From Paecilomyces variotii (Eukaryota), in NCBI GenBank assembly GCA_004022145.1, contig RCNU01000003.1: a stretch of 64,000 nucleotides of DNA. One strand, written 5' to 3'. The notes beneath the pieces were generated by a model, which did no database searches, was not told the DNA's origin, and saw only the letters and a program-made list of their open reading frames with translations. The translations under genes were made by a program, and so were the position numbers. This document shows, piece by piece, positions 39,967-54,844 of this stretch; within the stretch, counting starts at the first letter, position 1, and each line of letters begins with the position of its first letter.

Positions 39967-42075
39967 TACTTCTGATGCGTCTTGAGCAATGTGGCATCGG
40001 TGAATCTTTTCTTTTCATGATTGTTGCTGGAGAAAAATATGTACATGTATATATAATACTTGCATAGCGTTGGCGTCGGGTATTCATGAATCTGATAGCA
40101 ATAGATATCCGCAACTGGTTTCCACTCTATCTCGAAAACATGCTCTCTCGTAGGCTTCTACTGCTGGATGACGTGAAAGTTCAAGTCACTCAGATCCACT
40201 AGATACTGTTGTCTAAACTTCCTAGAGGCACAATTGTAGAGGTGTCCCCTTTGGCGGTATCTTATCAGGTATACCCTGGCTTACAGTGATATCTTCAAGC
40301 GGAGTAATCAGCTGTTTCGCGATCGATCTTATCAAACTCCCCCAGCGATGATCATCTGCCGTTCTGACACGCATATTAGCCCACACATTATCATGTTATC
40401 TGGAATATGCATACCGCAAGAAGGTTCTGCTTACGCTGAACCATTGTCATATCAGTTAGCTAGTATTTTGGTATTTGTCCGGACAGTTTATACTTCTAGA
40501 GAACCCTGTAATTGATAAGTAGGAGTTTTCAGTCCTTGCTAAAGTAAGATATAAGATCTCACTCACTTACAAGTTCGCAACATCTGGACAAAGTAAGACC
40601 ACACACAATTGTCAGATTTTTTACCGTCGTAGCAACAGCGTCATATCTGTCAACATACCTCTTTTCCCCTGTTATACAGTTAGCGATGTAAATTACAAAG
40701 TCACTGGACAGAACTCTCCTGCCATACCTGCTCTTTGGTCCGGCGGGGGCAGTCAGGGGTTGTGGTGGCCCTTCCGGCTACACAATTTGCACTATGTATA
40801 TCTATTTCAGTATCGAAGCAATAGGCCCGCCTGGTAAAATCGTTGCATACGCTTGGGTCTGAATTGAAAAAAAGTCCAAGATTAGCAATAATTGTAATTA
40901 TAACTAGAGATTCACTCACTTCCGTATTTGAATTCTTTTCGAAAAAAAAAAAAAAACAGGCAGACATCATTGATTAGCCACGTCCCTTAGATAGAAGCTA
41001 GCCGTGGAAAACACGCGACTTCAAGAACCATCAGCAGCAAGCTTACCCATGATGGTTTGATTTCTGGCCGGTAACAAAATTATGTGAGTAAAGAACAACT
41101 GATCTATAAGAGGGAAGATATCCATACAGTGTGGTACTACTGGGGGATCAGCAAGACTATTCTCAATTAAGTATTAGGTGGTCAGAATAAACTTACCTTT
41201 AATTGGTGATTCTACTTTAGCAGCAATTGTTGTTAGTCTTAATTTTGGTCGACTGGCAAAAAAAAAGCCATCAAGAATCTGTAAAGTAAGAGATCTGGAC
41301 GAGGAAGAGAGAAATCGGAGTGTTGGCATTTGATCCCTTTGGGATGCATACCCTTCTGTACCGTATCTGTAACCGATGTTCTCCGTTGCCATATAATGCC
41401 AGCCAGATCAGGCGGTCCTATGAGTAACAAAGGAGGATATATTGCTTATTATCCAAGGTAAGATGTTTTTAAATCGCGGAGATTGTCGATTATTATTTGC
41501 GAGTAAGAAGGCAACATTACCACTGATGACTTGTTCCCAGCCTACTGCTGCAAGTGTCTCTGGACCGCGTGAACTGGAGAAAAAGAGTTAGAAGGTGTCC
41601 CATGAGGGATGAGCTGGTAATAGAAGATGCCGCTGAGCAGGCAGCAGACGAGGTGTTTGACCTTGCAATCGCGTCACTCAGGTCGAAAACACCCCGCAAA
41701 GCCTTTGTTCGTCCCTACTGAAGTCGCAATGAAGATGGAAGAATAAGTTGCAAGAGAGACGACGTTGCAGAGCAACAGTCAAAAATAGTTCTGCCATCTT
41801 AGAAAAATGATACGGAGAAGATATTTATTTCCGGCCAGGAATATTCAGTCTGACCTGAGTTGGGACGCGATTCGTAGGATAACTGGAAAGAGATGGATGT
41901 CATCTTTGTATGGCTTCGCGCGCTCAAGTACAGCTTGATATCAGAATAATAAAATGCAGCATTTGGACATTGTGAACTTCCGTGGGAGTGAGGAGCATTA
42001 GTACCCCCGTAGCCAATGGGGGTCCTTTGGATCCATATCTTCCAACAGGGACGAACATTAACATGATCATTGTTG

Positions 42076-42397
42076 CTATCTTCTCAAGGGGAATAACGTC
42101 CTGAATAGCAGGAATTGCTCTTCTGTAATCCGTGAGCCGGATTCCAGATTATTAGGGCATGACTTCAATGACTTTGCCCCGGATGTTCTTTTTGCGGACT
42201 TCATCTTCCCAGTCTGTGGCAGTTGCACAGAGGAGAGGCTTTTGGAACTTTTGGAGTTCCGCGGAATGCGTCTGGAGTATGCGAAATTCTGCATTAAACC
42301 TATCAATGAGAGCATGAACAGAATCATCCCTCTTGACAGTCCGATTGGGGTTGCAACGAAGAGTTACTAAATCTTCATAACTCTGACGAAGAAGCAA
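42076..42397 (-). pseudogene. Probable degraded gene fragment of an uncharacterised fungal family
   Basis: Two overlapping ORFs join with one frameshift into WEDEVRKKNIRG-KSLKSCPNNLESGSRITEEQFLLFRTLFP; the flanking 40.0-43.4 kb has no intact gene. Confidence 0.35.
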
Positions 42398-44392
42398 ATT
42401 CTTTGAATACGCAACATATAACGATTACGAATGGAGATATTGAAATATTGCCTGCAACATATGCCACGGCATGACTTTTTCTCGTTGTGTCCCGAGACAA
42501 TATTTTAACTTGATTATATGCATAACAGATCTGAGTTCCGATCATCGACTAGTTCCACACATTTTGAAGATAGTGAAGAAAACGGTCAAGACCAATAGAG
42601 GCTTTGGTCTCGATGATCAAGCAAGAATTAGTAGAAAGAACATCGACAATGGCCGAAGGCGATATGCAGAAGACACCGAGAGACTTGTAGAGAGCAAAGG
42701 GAGCGGGAAAGGCACAGCAGCAGCTGCGAACGAGATAATATTGTCCACCAACAATGTTGAAGTTGAAGAACTATAAATCTTGCCATCTAGGCCCAGATAG
42801 GGCATAAGTCTGGTTGGGATTATCGGATATAATAATAGTTACGTGATTTTTTTTTGGAGATGAATCATATACCACCTGTGGGTAGGAGACATGGAGGCTT
42901 GATGGTGCCATCTTCCATGTAGGTTATCAAGAGATATAGTGACAGTCCATGGCTTTAAGGTAAACGAGAATTGCTTTGGCTCTATTGAGCACACAACGTG
43001 CAATCTGAGGCATGATAAAGTGAAATAATGGCAGAACAGACGAAGAGTAGCCATCATGAGTTTCATGCTTGCAAGGTAAATCCTAGCCGCCTGCCATGAA
43101 ATTCATGAAGGGATTAAGTAAATCTGTATAGATGCTCCGCAGAAGGTGCATCAGGATGTATAAGGAGTTTATATGTACAAACCTCCAGTTCAAAGCTGCA
43201 TTGATATAGAGGGTGTAGTGCATGGTGGAAGAGAGAAAGGAGGAAGGAATAACAAGAGAAGAGATATATAGAAGATGTGGAAAGGCGGGGTCGAGCAGGA
43301 TGACGGATAGCTGTGAATGTATGTCGAGTGCATTTCTACATCTACAATAGTCGAGACGGGAGAAATCCTACCGTCTTCATTGATAGCATGTACCATAATT
43401 GCATTCAATGCAAGGAGCCATCACCGCTGCTGGCAATGACGAGGTTCTCGAAATGTCGGTGAATACCTAAGCCAAACGGGCAAACAGGGGACCTTGGCGG
43501 GAGTCTGGAAAAGCTCAGAAATCATCTGGAGGTCCGTTGCATCCTCGTGACTGCTGATAAGCGGCGGAAACCGTGGCCGATAAAGCTTGGGAGGACGAGG
43601 ATATATCATATCCGTGACTTGTAAGTTAGTAACTGAGTCCCATAACCTTGGAAGGCAAGATCAGCACTAGAGCGACTCATCGTCGGTGTTGTGCAGCGCA
43701 GCTGAGCGGAACCGATCCTCGCTCACCCCGCGGAGCCGACTCAGCAGCAACTCCATCTCCATCCATCCGGACTCTGGATTCTTTCGAAAAGAACAAAGAT
43801 TAAAGCCATCGGAACCGGGAAGTACATAGTCATAATGAGCAAGCGGCTCCTACAAAGTACTAACTACTACAATTAAGTTGTTGAATCACCGGACAAAACA
43901 AGCTCTGCCAACTTTAATGGGTGGGTGGCGGCCTCGGGAGCCGGAAAGATTGTTTCCCTGGATGATTATCAGCGGGCGAGAGGAGCCTTGTTGGCAAACG
44001 ACGATGGAGTATAGGGAAATTAAGTATATTAGGTTATTTAGGTAGGGATTACAGTTGCTAACTTGACCGGTTGAGGATGTAGAGTTTCTCCAAAACATGT
44101 ATTATGGTGCCTGACAATCTCACGGTGCTGCTGTTGCTCTTATGGTTGGGCCCAGATGACGAAAAGCTGCTGACACTGCTGACAATAGTCATCTTACTAG
44201 TTAGTGATGATTAGATGCTACGAGCCTTGAGACATGGCTGCATGGATTATTGCGAGATACTAGTGAGCGAGTATTAGTGATTGCTGTTAGGCTGCTGCAT
44301 AATAATAATGAAAATAATAATAATTGTAGTTGCCTGTCTTGGTCTATCGGGATGATCGAGAGCGGAGGAGAGGGGCGGACGAGTTTCGACCG

Positions 44393-45156
44393 CGGGGATC
44401 AGTAGAACCGAACCGCTAGGTTAATTCTCTGGTTAACTAGATAGCATCGAAGTTATCTACACGGAGGCCTGGGAAGCCGACAAGCACGAGTCAAGTACGG
44501 AGCCGAGTCGAGTATCTCCGTTGTGGCTCATGATCTGCGACGACAAGAAAAACGCCATGTATCTAGACTATCTACGGTCTGCTATCGAACATCTAGAAGC
44601 CCGCCAGCGCCAAGAAGACCGCTCGTTTGGCTCGTATTGCTCGTTTCGGGAAATTAACTCACTTAAGAATATGACTTTTTGATATTAATATTTCCATGGG
44701 TCAGTGCGGTCCGTGTATTATTGTAATATTGTCGGTACTGTCCGATACCACTGACAGTGAATTATCACGCATCAGGCTTAGTCTGGCTGAGTCAGTAGTT
44801 CAACGGGGCCCAATGCACCTGTGAGGCGCTCGGGATCGCGGTCGCAGAGAGCGTGGCCCACCCGGAACGCGCGAGGGCCCTGAATCCGATACGGTAAGAA
44901 ACCCCCCGCGAACGGAGAATGCAGCATCCGGTGCCCGCCAGAACGAAAAGGATACTTTTCCCCGGGCGGGGGCATTCCGCGCGGCCTGCCAGCCAATCAA
45001 GGTTGCCAGCGGGCGACGCGAAGCATCGTTGGCGCCTCCTGGTGCAACTGCCCGATTAAGCATCGCATCGTCGAACTAGTTAGCCCGTTTGCCCTTTGTA
45101 CTCTCTCTATGACTTTTGTTCCAGACAACCCACTGGCTCGGTTCGTTGGCGTTCCG
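44393..45156 (+). promoter_or_regulatory. Three CGG-N12-CCG Zn2Cys6 (AtrR-type) sites upstream of the PDR transporter
   Basis: CGG GGATCAGTAGAA CCG (44393-44410), CGG AGAATGCAGCAT CCG (44913-44930), CGG TTCGTTGGCGTT CCG (45139-45156). Confidence 0.55.
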
Positions 45157-45475
45157 TCTGTCTGCAACTAGACGACCTAAAGCAGCTAAATGTCGCCGCT
45201 GCTGACAATCGACCGGGTTTACTGCTACGGCCATCCCGATTCGCTGAGCCGGAAACACTGTACTGTCGCATGGTGATTGATAACTCGCCCTGCCTGGATA
45301 TATACCCTACGACGGCCGTCCTATGCCGTCGAGCAACTTGATTACCACCTGCGCCAATAATTCCCGTCTCCTTATTTCTCTCCCCATCCCTCTGTCGTCC
45401 GTTGTACAGTGGTGAGAGACGTTTGGTGTTCGTTTCTAGCTACCAAGGGGTGTCCCCCCTTCGTTCGACTTGACC

Positions 45476-46745
45476 ATGTCTCTACTTGGGACCATCAACC
45501 CCAATCTCAACCCGGAGCGCGGGGGGCGCGCTGGTCCGTGGGATCAAGAGAACAATGAGGACGCGGTTCGTGGAGTCGCGAACAGCGTGTCGACTGACGA
45601 TACCGCATTGGAAGAGAAGGAAGACAAGGAGGAGCAGTTGGAGCAGCACATCAGTCAGTTGGCACGGCGATTGACCCGTGAGTCGACCCGGTACTCGACC
45701 AAAGAGGACCTGCCAAATCCGTTTCTGGATGTCCCCGAGGATTCGACCTTGAATCCGCACAGCCCCAACTTCAAACCGAAGAATTGGATGAAGGCCCTGT
45801 TTGCGATCCAGTCCCGCGACCCAGAACGCTATCCGCAACGCACGGCCGGTCTGGCCTTCAAGAACCTCAGCGTGCACGGATACGGCAGTCCGACCGATTA
45901 TCAGAAGGATGTGGCCAATTCAGTTCTTGCGCTGGGCTCGCTCGTCCGGAACATCGCCGGGTCGGGCAAGCAGAAGATCCAGATCTTGCGCAACTTTGAC
46001 GGCTTGATCAAAAGCGGGGAGATGCTCGTCGTTCTGGGAAGACCGGGAAGGTACGTTACTCTTCTTTGGTTTAGAAGAACCGCAATTTATTGACTCTTTT
46101 TTTTTTTTTTCTAGTGGATGTTCGACCTTCCTGAAGACGATTGCTGGAGAGATGAACGGAATTTACATGGATGATTCGTCGTATATGAACTATCAAGGTA
46201 AAGTTTGCCAACTACATGGGTCGGGGGGAGAAGAGAAAAACGCAGCAAACTGACATATCTACAGGTATTTCGGCAAAGCAGATGCGCGGCCAGTTCCGTG
46301 GTGAAGCTATCTATACCGCCGAAACAGATGTCCACTTCCCCCAGCTCAGCGTGGGGGACACGCTCACCTTTGCCGCATTGGCTCGCGCCCCGCGAAATCG
46401 TCTCCCTGGGGTCACCCGCAGGCAGTATGCAGAACACATGCGAGACGTTATGATGGCGATGCTTGGATTGTCGCATACGATCAATACCAGAGTTGGTAAC
46501 GACTTCGTCCGTGGTGTCAGTGGTGGAGAGCGCAAACGTGTCAGTATCGCGGAGGCTACCCTCAGCCAAAGTCCCATCCAGTGCTGGGACAACAGTACCA
46601 GAGGTCTGGATAGTGCCAACGCGTTGGAGTTCTGTAAAACACTGCGCTTGAGCACTGAATACGCTGGTACGACGGCTTGTGTCGCCATCTACCAGGCCTC
46701 CCAGAGCGCTTACGATGTGAGTTTCTCTCGTCCGTAGATATGAGG

Positions 46746-46782
<37 letters not shown>

Positions 46783-49700
46783 CGTGCTAACACTGGTCGT
46801 TGTAGGTCTTTGATAAAGTGGCCGTCCTCTATGAAGGTCGACAGATCTATTTCGGTCGCACGGAGGAGGCCAAGGAATTCTTCACCACCATGGGATATGA
46901 GTGCCCAGAGCGTCAGACGACAGCCGATTTCCTGACCTCGCTGACCAGTCCCGCTGAGCGAATTGTGAAGCCAGGATACGAGAACCTTGTCCCAAGGACA
47001 CCTGACGAGTTTGCCGCTGCCTGGAAGAAGAGTGACGCTTATGCCAAGCTGATGAAGGAAATTGACGAGTACGAGCGAACATATCCCATCGGCGGCGAAA
47101 GCTACCAGAAGTTCGTCGAAGCCCGCCGAGCTCAGCAGGCCAAGAGTCAGCGTATCAAGTCCCCATACACGATCTCCGTCTATGAGCAGGTCAAGCTTTG
47201 CGTCTGGCGTGGCTTTTTGCGTCTCAAGGGCGACGCAAGTCTGACCCTGACTCAGTTAATCGGAAACACTATCATGGCCCTCATCATTGGAAGCGTCTTC
47301 TACAATCTCCGAAAGGACACCGGCAGCTTCTATGCTCGTGGTGCCCTGCTGTTCTTCGCCGTCTTGCTTAATGCATTCTCTAGTGCTCTCGAAATCCTCA
47401 CTCTATATGCTCAACGTCCGATTGTCGAAAAGCACGCTCGTTACGCCCTGTATCACCCGTTCACGGAGGCGATTGCATCGATGCTGTGTGACGTGCCCTA
47501 CAAACTGCTCAATGCGACAACGTTCAATCTCACGCTTTATTTCCTGACCGATCTGCGTCGAGAGCCCGGCGCATTCTTCATCTTCTACCTTTTCTCGATC
47601 GTCACCACGTTTGCCATGTCGATGATTTTCCGTACGATCGCGGCATCCTCTCGGACGCTAGCACAGGCTCTGGCGCCCGCGGCTATCCTCATTCTCGGTC
47701 TGGTCATCTATACCGGTTTTACCATCCCCACTCGCAACATGTTGGGCTGGTCTCGTTGGATGAACTACCTTGACCCCATTTCGTATGCTTTCGAGAGCTT
47801 CATGGTCAACGAATTCCACGACAGAACCTTTGAATGTGCGGCCAATCAGATCGTCCCCACGGGTCCGGGATACGAAAACGTGCCCATGGCCAACAAGATC
47901 TGTTCCACAGTCGGTGCTGTTGCAGGTCAATCAACGGTCCAAGGTAACCTGTATCTCAGCAAGAGTTTCGAGTACGCAAAGAGTCATCTTTGGAGGAATC
48001 TCGGTATCATGTTCGGCTTTATGGTCTTCTTCATGTTCACCTATCTTGTGGCTTCAGAATACATCACCGAGGCCAAGTCCAAGGGTGAGGTTCTTCTCTT
48101 CCGCCGTGGCCACCAGCCCGTGGCGGCTCGCAAAGCGTCCGACGATGTCGAGACGCAGCCCGAGCCAGTTCCTGCCGAGAAGACTGAGGTGAACAACGGA
48201 CACACCACCGCGGCCATCCAGAGACAGACGGCTATCTTCCAGTGGCAAGATGTCTGCTACGATATCAAGATTAAAGGAGAGCCACGGCGCATCCTTGACC
48301 ACGTTGACGGTTGGGTCAAACCGGGTACTGCCACTGCGTTGATGGGCGTTTCTGGCGCTGGTAAGACAACTCTACTTGATGTTCTCGCCACTCGTGTCAC
48401 CATGGGTGTCGTGACGGGAGAGATGCTAGTTGATGGTCGCCCTCGAGATCAATCATTCCAGCGCAAGACCGGTTATGTCCAGCAACAGGATCTCCATCTT
48501 TCGACATCCACAGTCCGCGAGGCGCTGCGCTTCAGTGCAATTCTTCGCCAGCCTGCCCACGTGAGTCGCCAGGAGAAGCTCGATTATGTTGAAGAAGTTA
48601 TCAAACTGCTTGGCATGGAATCCTACGCCGATGCCGTTGTAGGTGTCCCCGGTGAAGGTCTCAATGTCGAACAGCGCAAGCGTCTTACCATTGGAGTCGA
48701 GCTGGCTGCCAAGCCACAACTGCTCCTCTTCTTGGACGAACCTACCTCTGGTCTTGACAGTCAAACTTCGTGGTCTATCTTGGATCTCATCGACACTCTG
48801 ACCGCACACGGCCAGGCTATCCTGTGTACTATCCACCAGCCGTCAGCCATGCTGTTCCAGCGATTCGATCGTCTCCTGTTCCTGGCGAGGGGTGGTAAGA
48901 CCGTCTATTTCGGTGAGATTGGAGAGAAGTCGTCTACCCTCTCCAGCTACTTCGAGAGAAACGGTGCGCCGAAGCTACCGCCAGACGCGAACCCCGCCGA
49001 ATGGATGCTTGACGTTATCGGTGCCGCTCCTGGATCTCACACTGACATTGACTGGCCCGCTGTTTGGCGCGAGAGTCCTGAGCGCAAGGCGGTCCATGAG
49101 CACCTGGCTGAATTGAAGTCGACTCTGTCCCAGAAACCGGTCGACTCTTCGGTGACTGATCCTTCTTCATACAAGGAGTTCGCTGCGCCATTTTCGGTCC
49201 AACTCTACGAGTGTCTTGTCCGTGTTTTCGCCCAGTACTGGCGGACTCCCTCGTACATCTACTCCAAGTCGGCCCTATCCATCCTCACTGCTCTCTACAT
49301 CGGGTTCTCTTTCTTCCATGCCCAGAACAGTTTGCAGGGACTGCAGAACCAAATGTTCAGTATTTTCATGCTGATGACTATCTTCGGTAACCTTGTTCAA
49401 CAGATCATGCCCAATTTCTGTACCCAGCGATCTCTCTACGAGGTTCGCGAACGGCCTTCGAAGACGTACTCCTGGCAGTCTTTTATGACTGCTAACATCT
49501 TGGTTGAACTTCCCTGGAACACATTGATGGCTGTCTTTATCTTCGTCTGTTGGTACTACCCGATTGGACTGTACCGGAACGCCGAACCCACCGACGCCGT
49601 GCACGAGCGCGGAGCCCTCATGTTTCTGCTCATTTGGACTTTCTTGCTGTTCACCTCCACCTTTGCTCATATGATCATTGCAGGTGTGGAGTTGGCAGAG

Positions 49701-50174
49701 ACCGGTGGTAACCTTGCCAACTTGCTTTTCTCTCTGTGCCTGATCTTTTGCGGTGTTCTTGCGACACCCGAAGCGCTTCCTGGATTCTGGATCTTCATGT
49801 ATCGCGTTTCACCTTTCACATATCTTGTATCGGCAATGCTCTCGACGGGTGTTTCAGGCACGAATGTGGTATGTGAGGACGTTGAACTCCTTCGTTTCGA
49901 TCCCCCAAGCAACATGACCTGCGGCGATTATATGAACCCCTACATCAGCAAGGCCGGTGGATACGTTGCAAACCCAGACGCTACGACCAACTGCGGATTC
50001 TGTCAGATGTCCGACACCGACACCTTCTTGGCTACCGTGTCGAGTTACTACAAGGATGCATGGCGTAATTTTGGCTTTATGTGGATCTACATATTTTTCA
50101 ACGTCGTTGCGGCCGTGGGCATCTACTGGCTGGCTCGTGTGCCCAAGGGAAAGAGAACCAAGGGTACGACCTGA
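45476..50174 (+). CDS. Full-size PDR/ABCG multidrug transporter (Aspergillus Cdr1B/AbcG1-like), 4 exons
   Basis: (NBD-TMD)2 architecture: [57 protein letters not shown]-terminus [10 protein letters not shown] resembles Cdr1B from memory. Confidence 0.95.
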
Positions 50175-50983
50175 TTTCGCCGAACGGAGCACGAAGAAAG
50201 AAAGAAAACAATACGAAATCAAACGCACTGTCCTTTCTGATTTCTCCACTCGCTCCTCGGAGATATGTCTCTTCCACCCTCTAAATCACTCGATACACCT
50301 TGCTGCATTTACATGGATTTACACCGGAGTCCCGTGGCCTTTTATTGCACATCCGTTATTCCTTAATTCTCAAGAATTTTGTGTCTAGATTCTTTGATTG
50401 CGCCAGGTACATGTCCTTCCTGCGCCTGCTCGTTGCTTTTCTATTCATCTGAACAAGCAACTTTCATATTTCACCATTAATAGATTATTAAAGACCTTGA
50501 TTATTGTTTATGCATGTCTGACAATGCATGAGCTCATCCGACACTGAATATTCCTTTATCCAATCTTGGTTCTGGTAGAACTTGTATTCTATAGTGCTAG
50601 CTTCGTATTCTTCTTCTGAGTAGATTTCTTCTAACTATTCTGCCCCTAGCTTAGGCCTGATCTGCTCCCAATGTACCTCAACATCCTTCGGTGTGTTGAA
50701 GTTGTGAATCATAGTCCTCTATTCCTTATCGGGATATTTCAAGTCAAATCTAAAATGCACTATAATTCATAAACTAAAGCATCGCTTTGTATTGTATTGT
50801 ATTATGCGATCTGGAAACAGTTTGTATGTTCACGATTCCACGGGTAGGACTATATAGCTTAGTAAGTCTTGGTGTTGCTATCAACACAAGACCGTACTGT
50901 ACCATACTTACCTACTCTGCTCTACGGTGGGCGGTAACGACCACGCTATGCCACCTCCGTAAGTACACCACTATCTACTGTAG

Positions 50984-51892
<909 letters not shown>

Positions 51893-52516
51893 TTTTTCCT
51901 CCGTGATCTTTTTTTTGTGGTCTCGAGGACATACATATATACACACACACATACTTATGCTTTACATCTGGGCTTTTTGGAGCGTTATGAGACTTGGTTA
52001 TGTTATGTTATGAATATGCATTTTGCTTAGACTATTCGCGATAGATCGATACCCTCCATTTATAATGAGATGATGAGATGAGGTTTTGGTTCCGGTCATG
52101 GATTTGAGAGCTTACAGGTGCCTGGAAGTTGTCGTCCCTGATTAATAAATATACGATTAATCGGAATATAATCCTGTACATGATTATTGTAACACATTTT
52201 CCCTCATGAATGTGGCATTGACACTGGGATAGAATTGCACAGACGCCATTTAGCCATCAACTAGTTAGCTAGTAGTTGTTAACTAGGTACACTCCTCTCT
52301 GTCCCATTTAGGCATAAATACCCCTCGTTGCGCGCCTTAAGTATTATTATTTATTATTCCCGAACCATTCAACCAGTTTCTTATTAATAGTTTCCATTCG
52401 CATTGTTCTTCATTCCACCAGACGAGTTGCCACATCTTGCAACTGCACTTGAACCTACGTCCCATCATCCCTTACGACCTTGTATCGATCGAGCCCAGGA
52501 CTCTCTACTTCCAGTC

Positions 52517-52870
52517 ATGTTTCCCCTACACGTCAGCCTCCCAGTTTATATGCTCTCGTGCGTCGTCCTTCTGGGCGGCTTCTCTCGCTTCACGCACGGC
52601 AAGTATACGCCAGGATGGTACGCATTTCAGGAGTATCATTCGCCAGACGACGGCTCGACCATTGCAACTATCACACCCATCATCGACACGGTGATGGGAT
52701 TGATGCTGGTTTTCGGGAACCGGGCAGTCAAGCTGTCTGCTGCAGCAATCAGTCTCTCATTTTTCACCATGGGCCTGCTTATACAACTACAGGCGGGGAA
52801 AGAGTATTGGGGCGACGTAGCGTTGGTGGGTTTGGGGGCCGTTACGGTTGCAGTGTTGCTTCGTAGGTGA
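52517..52870 (+). CDS. Small hypothetical multi-pass membrane protein
   Basis: 117-aa ORF with about four hydrophobic segments; SRFTHGKYTPGWYAFQ. Confidence 0.6.
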   Translation: MFPLHVSLPVYMLSCVVLLGGFSRFTHGKYTPGWYAFQEYHSPDDGSTIATITPIIDTVMGLMLVFGNRAVKLSAAAISLSFFTMGLLIQLQAGKEYWGDVALVGLGAVTVAVLLRR

Positions 52871-53545
52871 TCATATGGCGAAATCTGGGCTGCAACAGAT
52901 CAAGATAGGAACTAGTTATGGAAATCCATCAGGGAATGAAATCTATGTATGTATGCATGTATTCCGTCGGCAGCACACTTACTAGATGTTGGAACTGACT
53001 TTCAGGTGTCGCGATTATTCTCCTTCACACACAAGATACTAGGTATACAATTATGATATGTGGGGTTATACATACAGTACAAGCCATCAGATATTCTAGT
53101 CGGTATAGATAGCAGTTGGTATTGAACTATGCAGTTCTTTCATATATGAATTAATTAGCTTAGTATTTTCCCTGGGGAGGGAGAAGAAGTGATCGGCTCG
53201 GGGGTTCAATGATGCTATGTATGTATGTACATACAAGCATAAGGGATCAGCTGGGAAGAAACGGCCCAGCTATCCTAATAATAGAGATCTTTAGAGAAAA
53301 TATAAAAAGTAAGAAAGAAATACGGGTAGTTGGAGCAGCGAGGGCCAGTTCTTATACTCTTATTACGAGTAAGTAGCTACAGTACAATAAGTATGGCATA
53401 TCAAAAGCCCAAGCTTCCCCGGCTCCATTTCCACTCTCGCCGAGCTTAAGCTTGCTTATTACAACTACAAACACCCAACATTCAACGTTCAACTCACGCG
53501 TCTTATACCAATCTACATACTCACCAGCAAGAGCAAGAGAGAACA

Positions 53546-54310
53546 ATGTCAGACCAACATCTCAAACCACCTTCAGCGGCGCGTCCCTCCTCATCACAAC
53601 ACCGCTCCTCATCCTCATCCCACCCCCATCGCTCATCCAACTCGCACGCCGCATCTTCATCAGCATCCTCCACACCACGAGCACCTCTCTCCATCCATCC
53701 CAGCTCCGTCGTCGCAGACACCGCCGTCCTACAAGGCACGTACCAGATCGCCATCGGGGCCGGAAGCGTCATCCACCCTCGCGCGCGTCTCTACTCTTTC
53801 GAAGGCCCCCTCGTCATCGGCGACGGGTGCATCATTGGCGAAAAGAGCGTGATCGGCTCCCCGCCGCCGTCCGCAGGATCCCCTACATCTCCTACCTCGC
53901 CTTCTTCTGAAGGAGGCGGAATCGCAACACGTCTCTCTTCCTCAGTGACGATTGCTCCGCTCGCAACTATCCTTCCTGGCGCGTACGTTCGGTCTAGCGC
54001 CGTGATCGATTCTCTAGCCACTGTGAATCGGAATGCTGTCGTGGGGGCTCATTCGAAGGTGTGTTCTGGGTGTGAGGTTGCTGAGAATGGGCGGATTGAT
54101 GATTGGACGGTGGTTTGGGGATCGGGGGTTGGCTTTGGGCAGAGACGCAGGAAGAGGGTGGTTGGGACAGTGACGACGAGTTCGATATCAAAGGGTGATG
54201 TGCCAGATGGCAGGGTGGTAGAGGATGCGAGGTTACTCGTCCTGCATAAGGAGAAGGAGGGCTTAGTCAAGTTGATCGGGATGTCTGCGGGTGGCTCGAG
54301 GAAAAGGTGA
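53546..54310 (+). CDS. Hexapeptide-repeat (left-handed beta-helix) protein, dynactin p27/DCTN6-like
   Basis: IAIGAGSVIHPRARL..EGPLVIGDGCIIGE; further LbH repeats. Confidence 0.75.
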   Translation: MSDQHLKPPSAARPSSSQHRSSSSSHPHRSSNSHAASSSASSTPRAPLSIHPSSVVADTAVLQGTYQIAIGAGSVIHPRARLYSFEGPLVIGDGCIIGEKSVIGSPPPSAGSPTSPTSPSSEGGGIATRLSSSVTIAPLATILPGAYVRSSAVIDSLATVNRNAVVGAHSKVCSGCEVAENGRIDDWTVVWGSGVGFGQRRRKRVVGTVTTSSISKGDVPDGRVVEDARLLVLHKEKEGLVKLIGMSAGGSRKR

Positions 54311-54844
54311 ATTGTTCTGCAGCTTGGAGATTGGAGGGGAAAAAGGCTATCATTGAGAAGTCGGGGGGGATTTGATTCTATTGCAGCAAGCAGGGCGGCT
54401 CTTCGGAGAGGACGAAGGAGATTACGATGCTATGACATTTGGCCTTATATTGTTTTGTACAGTGTTCAATATACCCATAGAGAGAGATTTGATTTGTATG
54501 TGCATAGCTATAACCAGGGCTACCGATTTGCTGCTGTGGACAGATAATGATACAAAAACATGCTTTTCTAAGCCTGCTAAACTACTATACACTGTAGAAG
54601 ATGTCGGCGCCCTTCTCAACCTCGTAACTTCCACACCGTAAATTGTATACCAGATAGAACGATCAGTCAGTGCGCCATGATTGATGTAACTGCAGAAATG
54701 ACAAGATGGATATGGGTGAGATCTCAACCCGAGAAATGCACAACATTAACAAAGGAAATTATATCATATTTTGCCGCCGACTGAAAACAAGCAGAGAAGG
54801 GAGAAAGAAACATGATTAGAAGACCGACGCAGGGATGGCAAGCT

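Noticed and set aside
46111-46782. 223-aa minus-strand ORF starting with poly-Gly
   Set aside because: Antisense to ABC transporter exons; the poly-Gly comes from the intronic poly-C run
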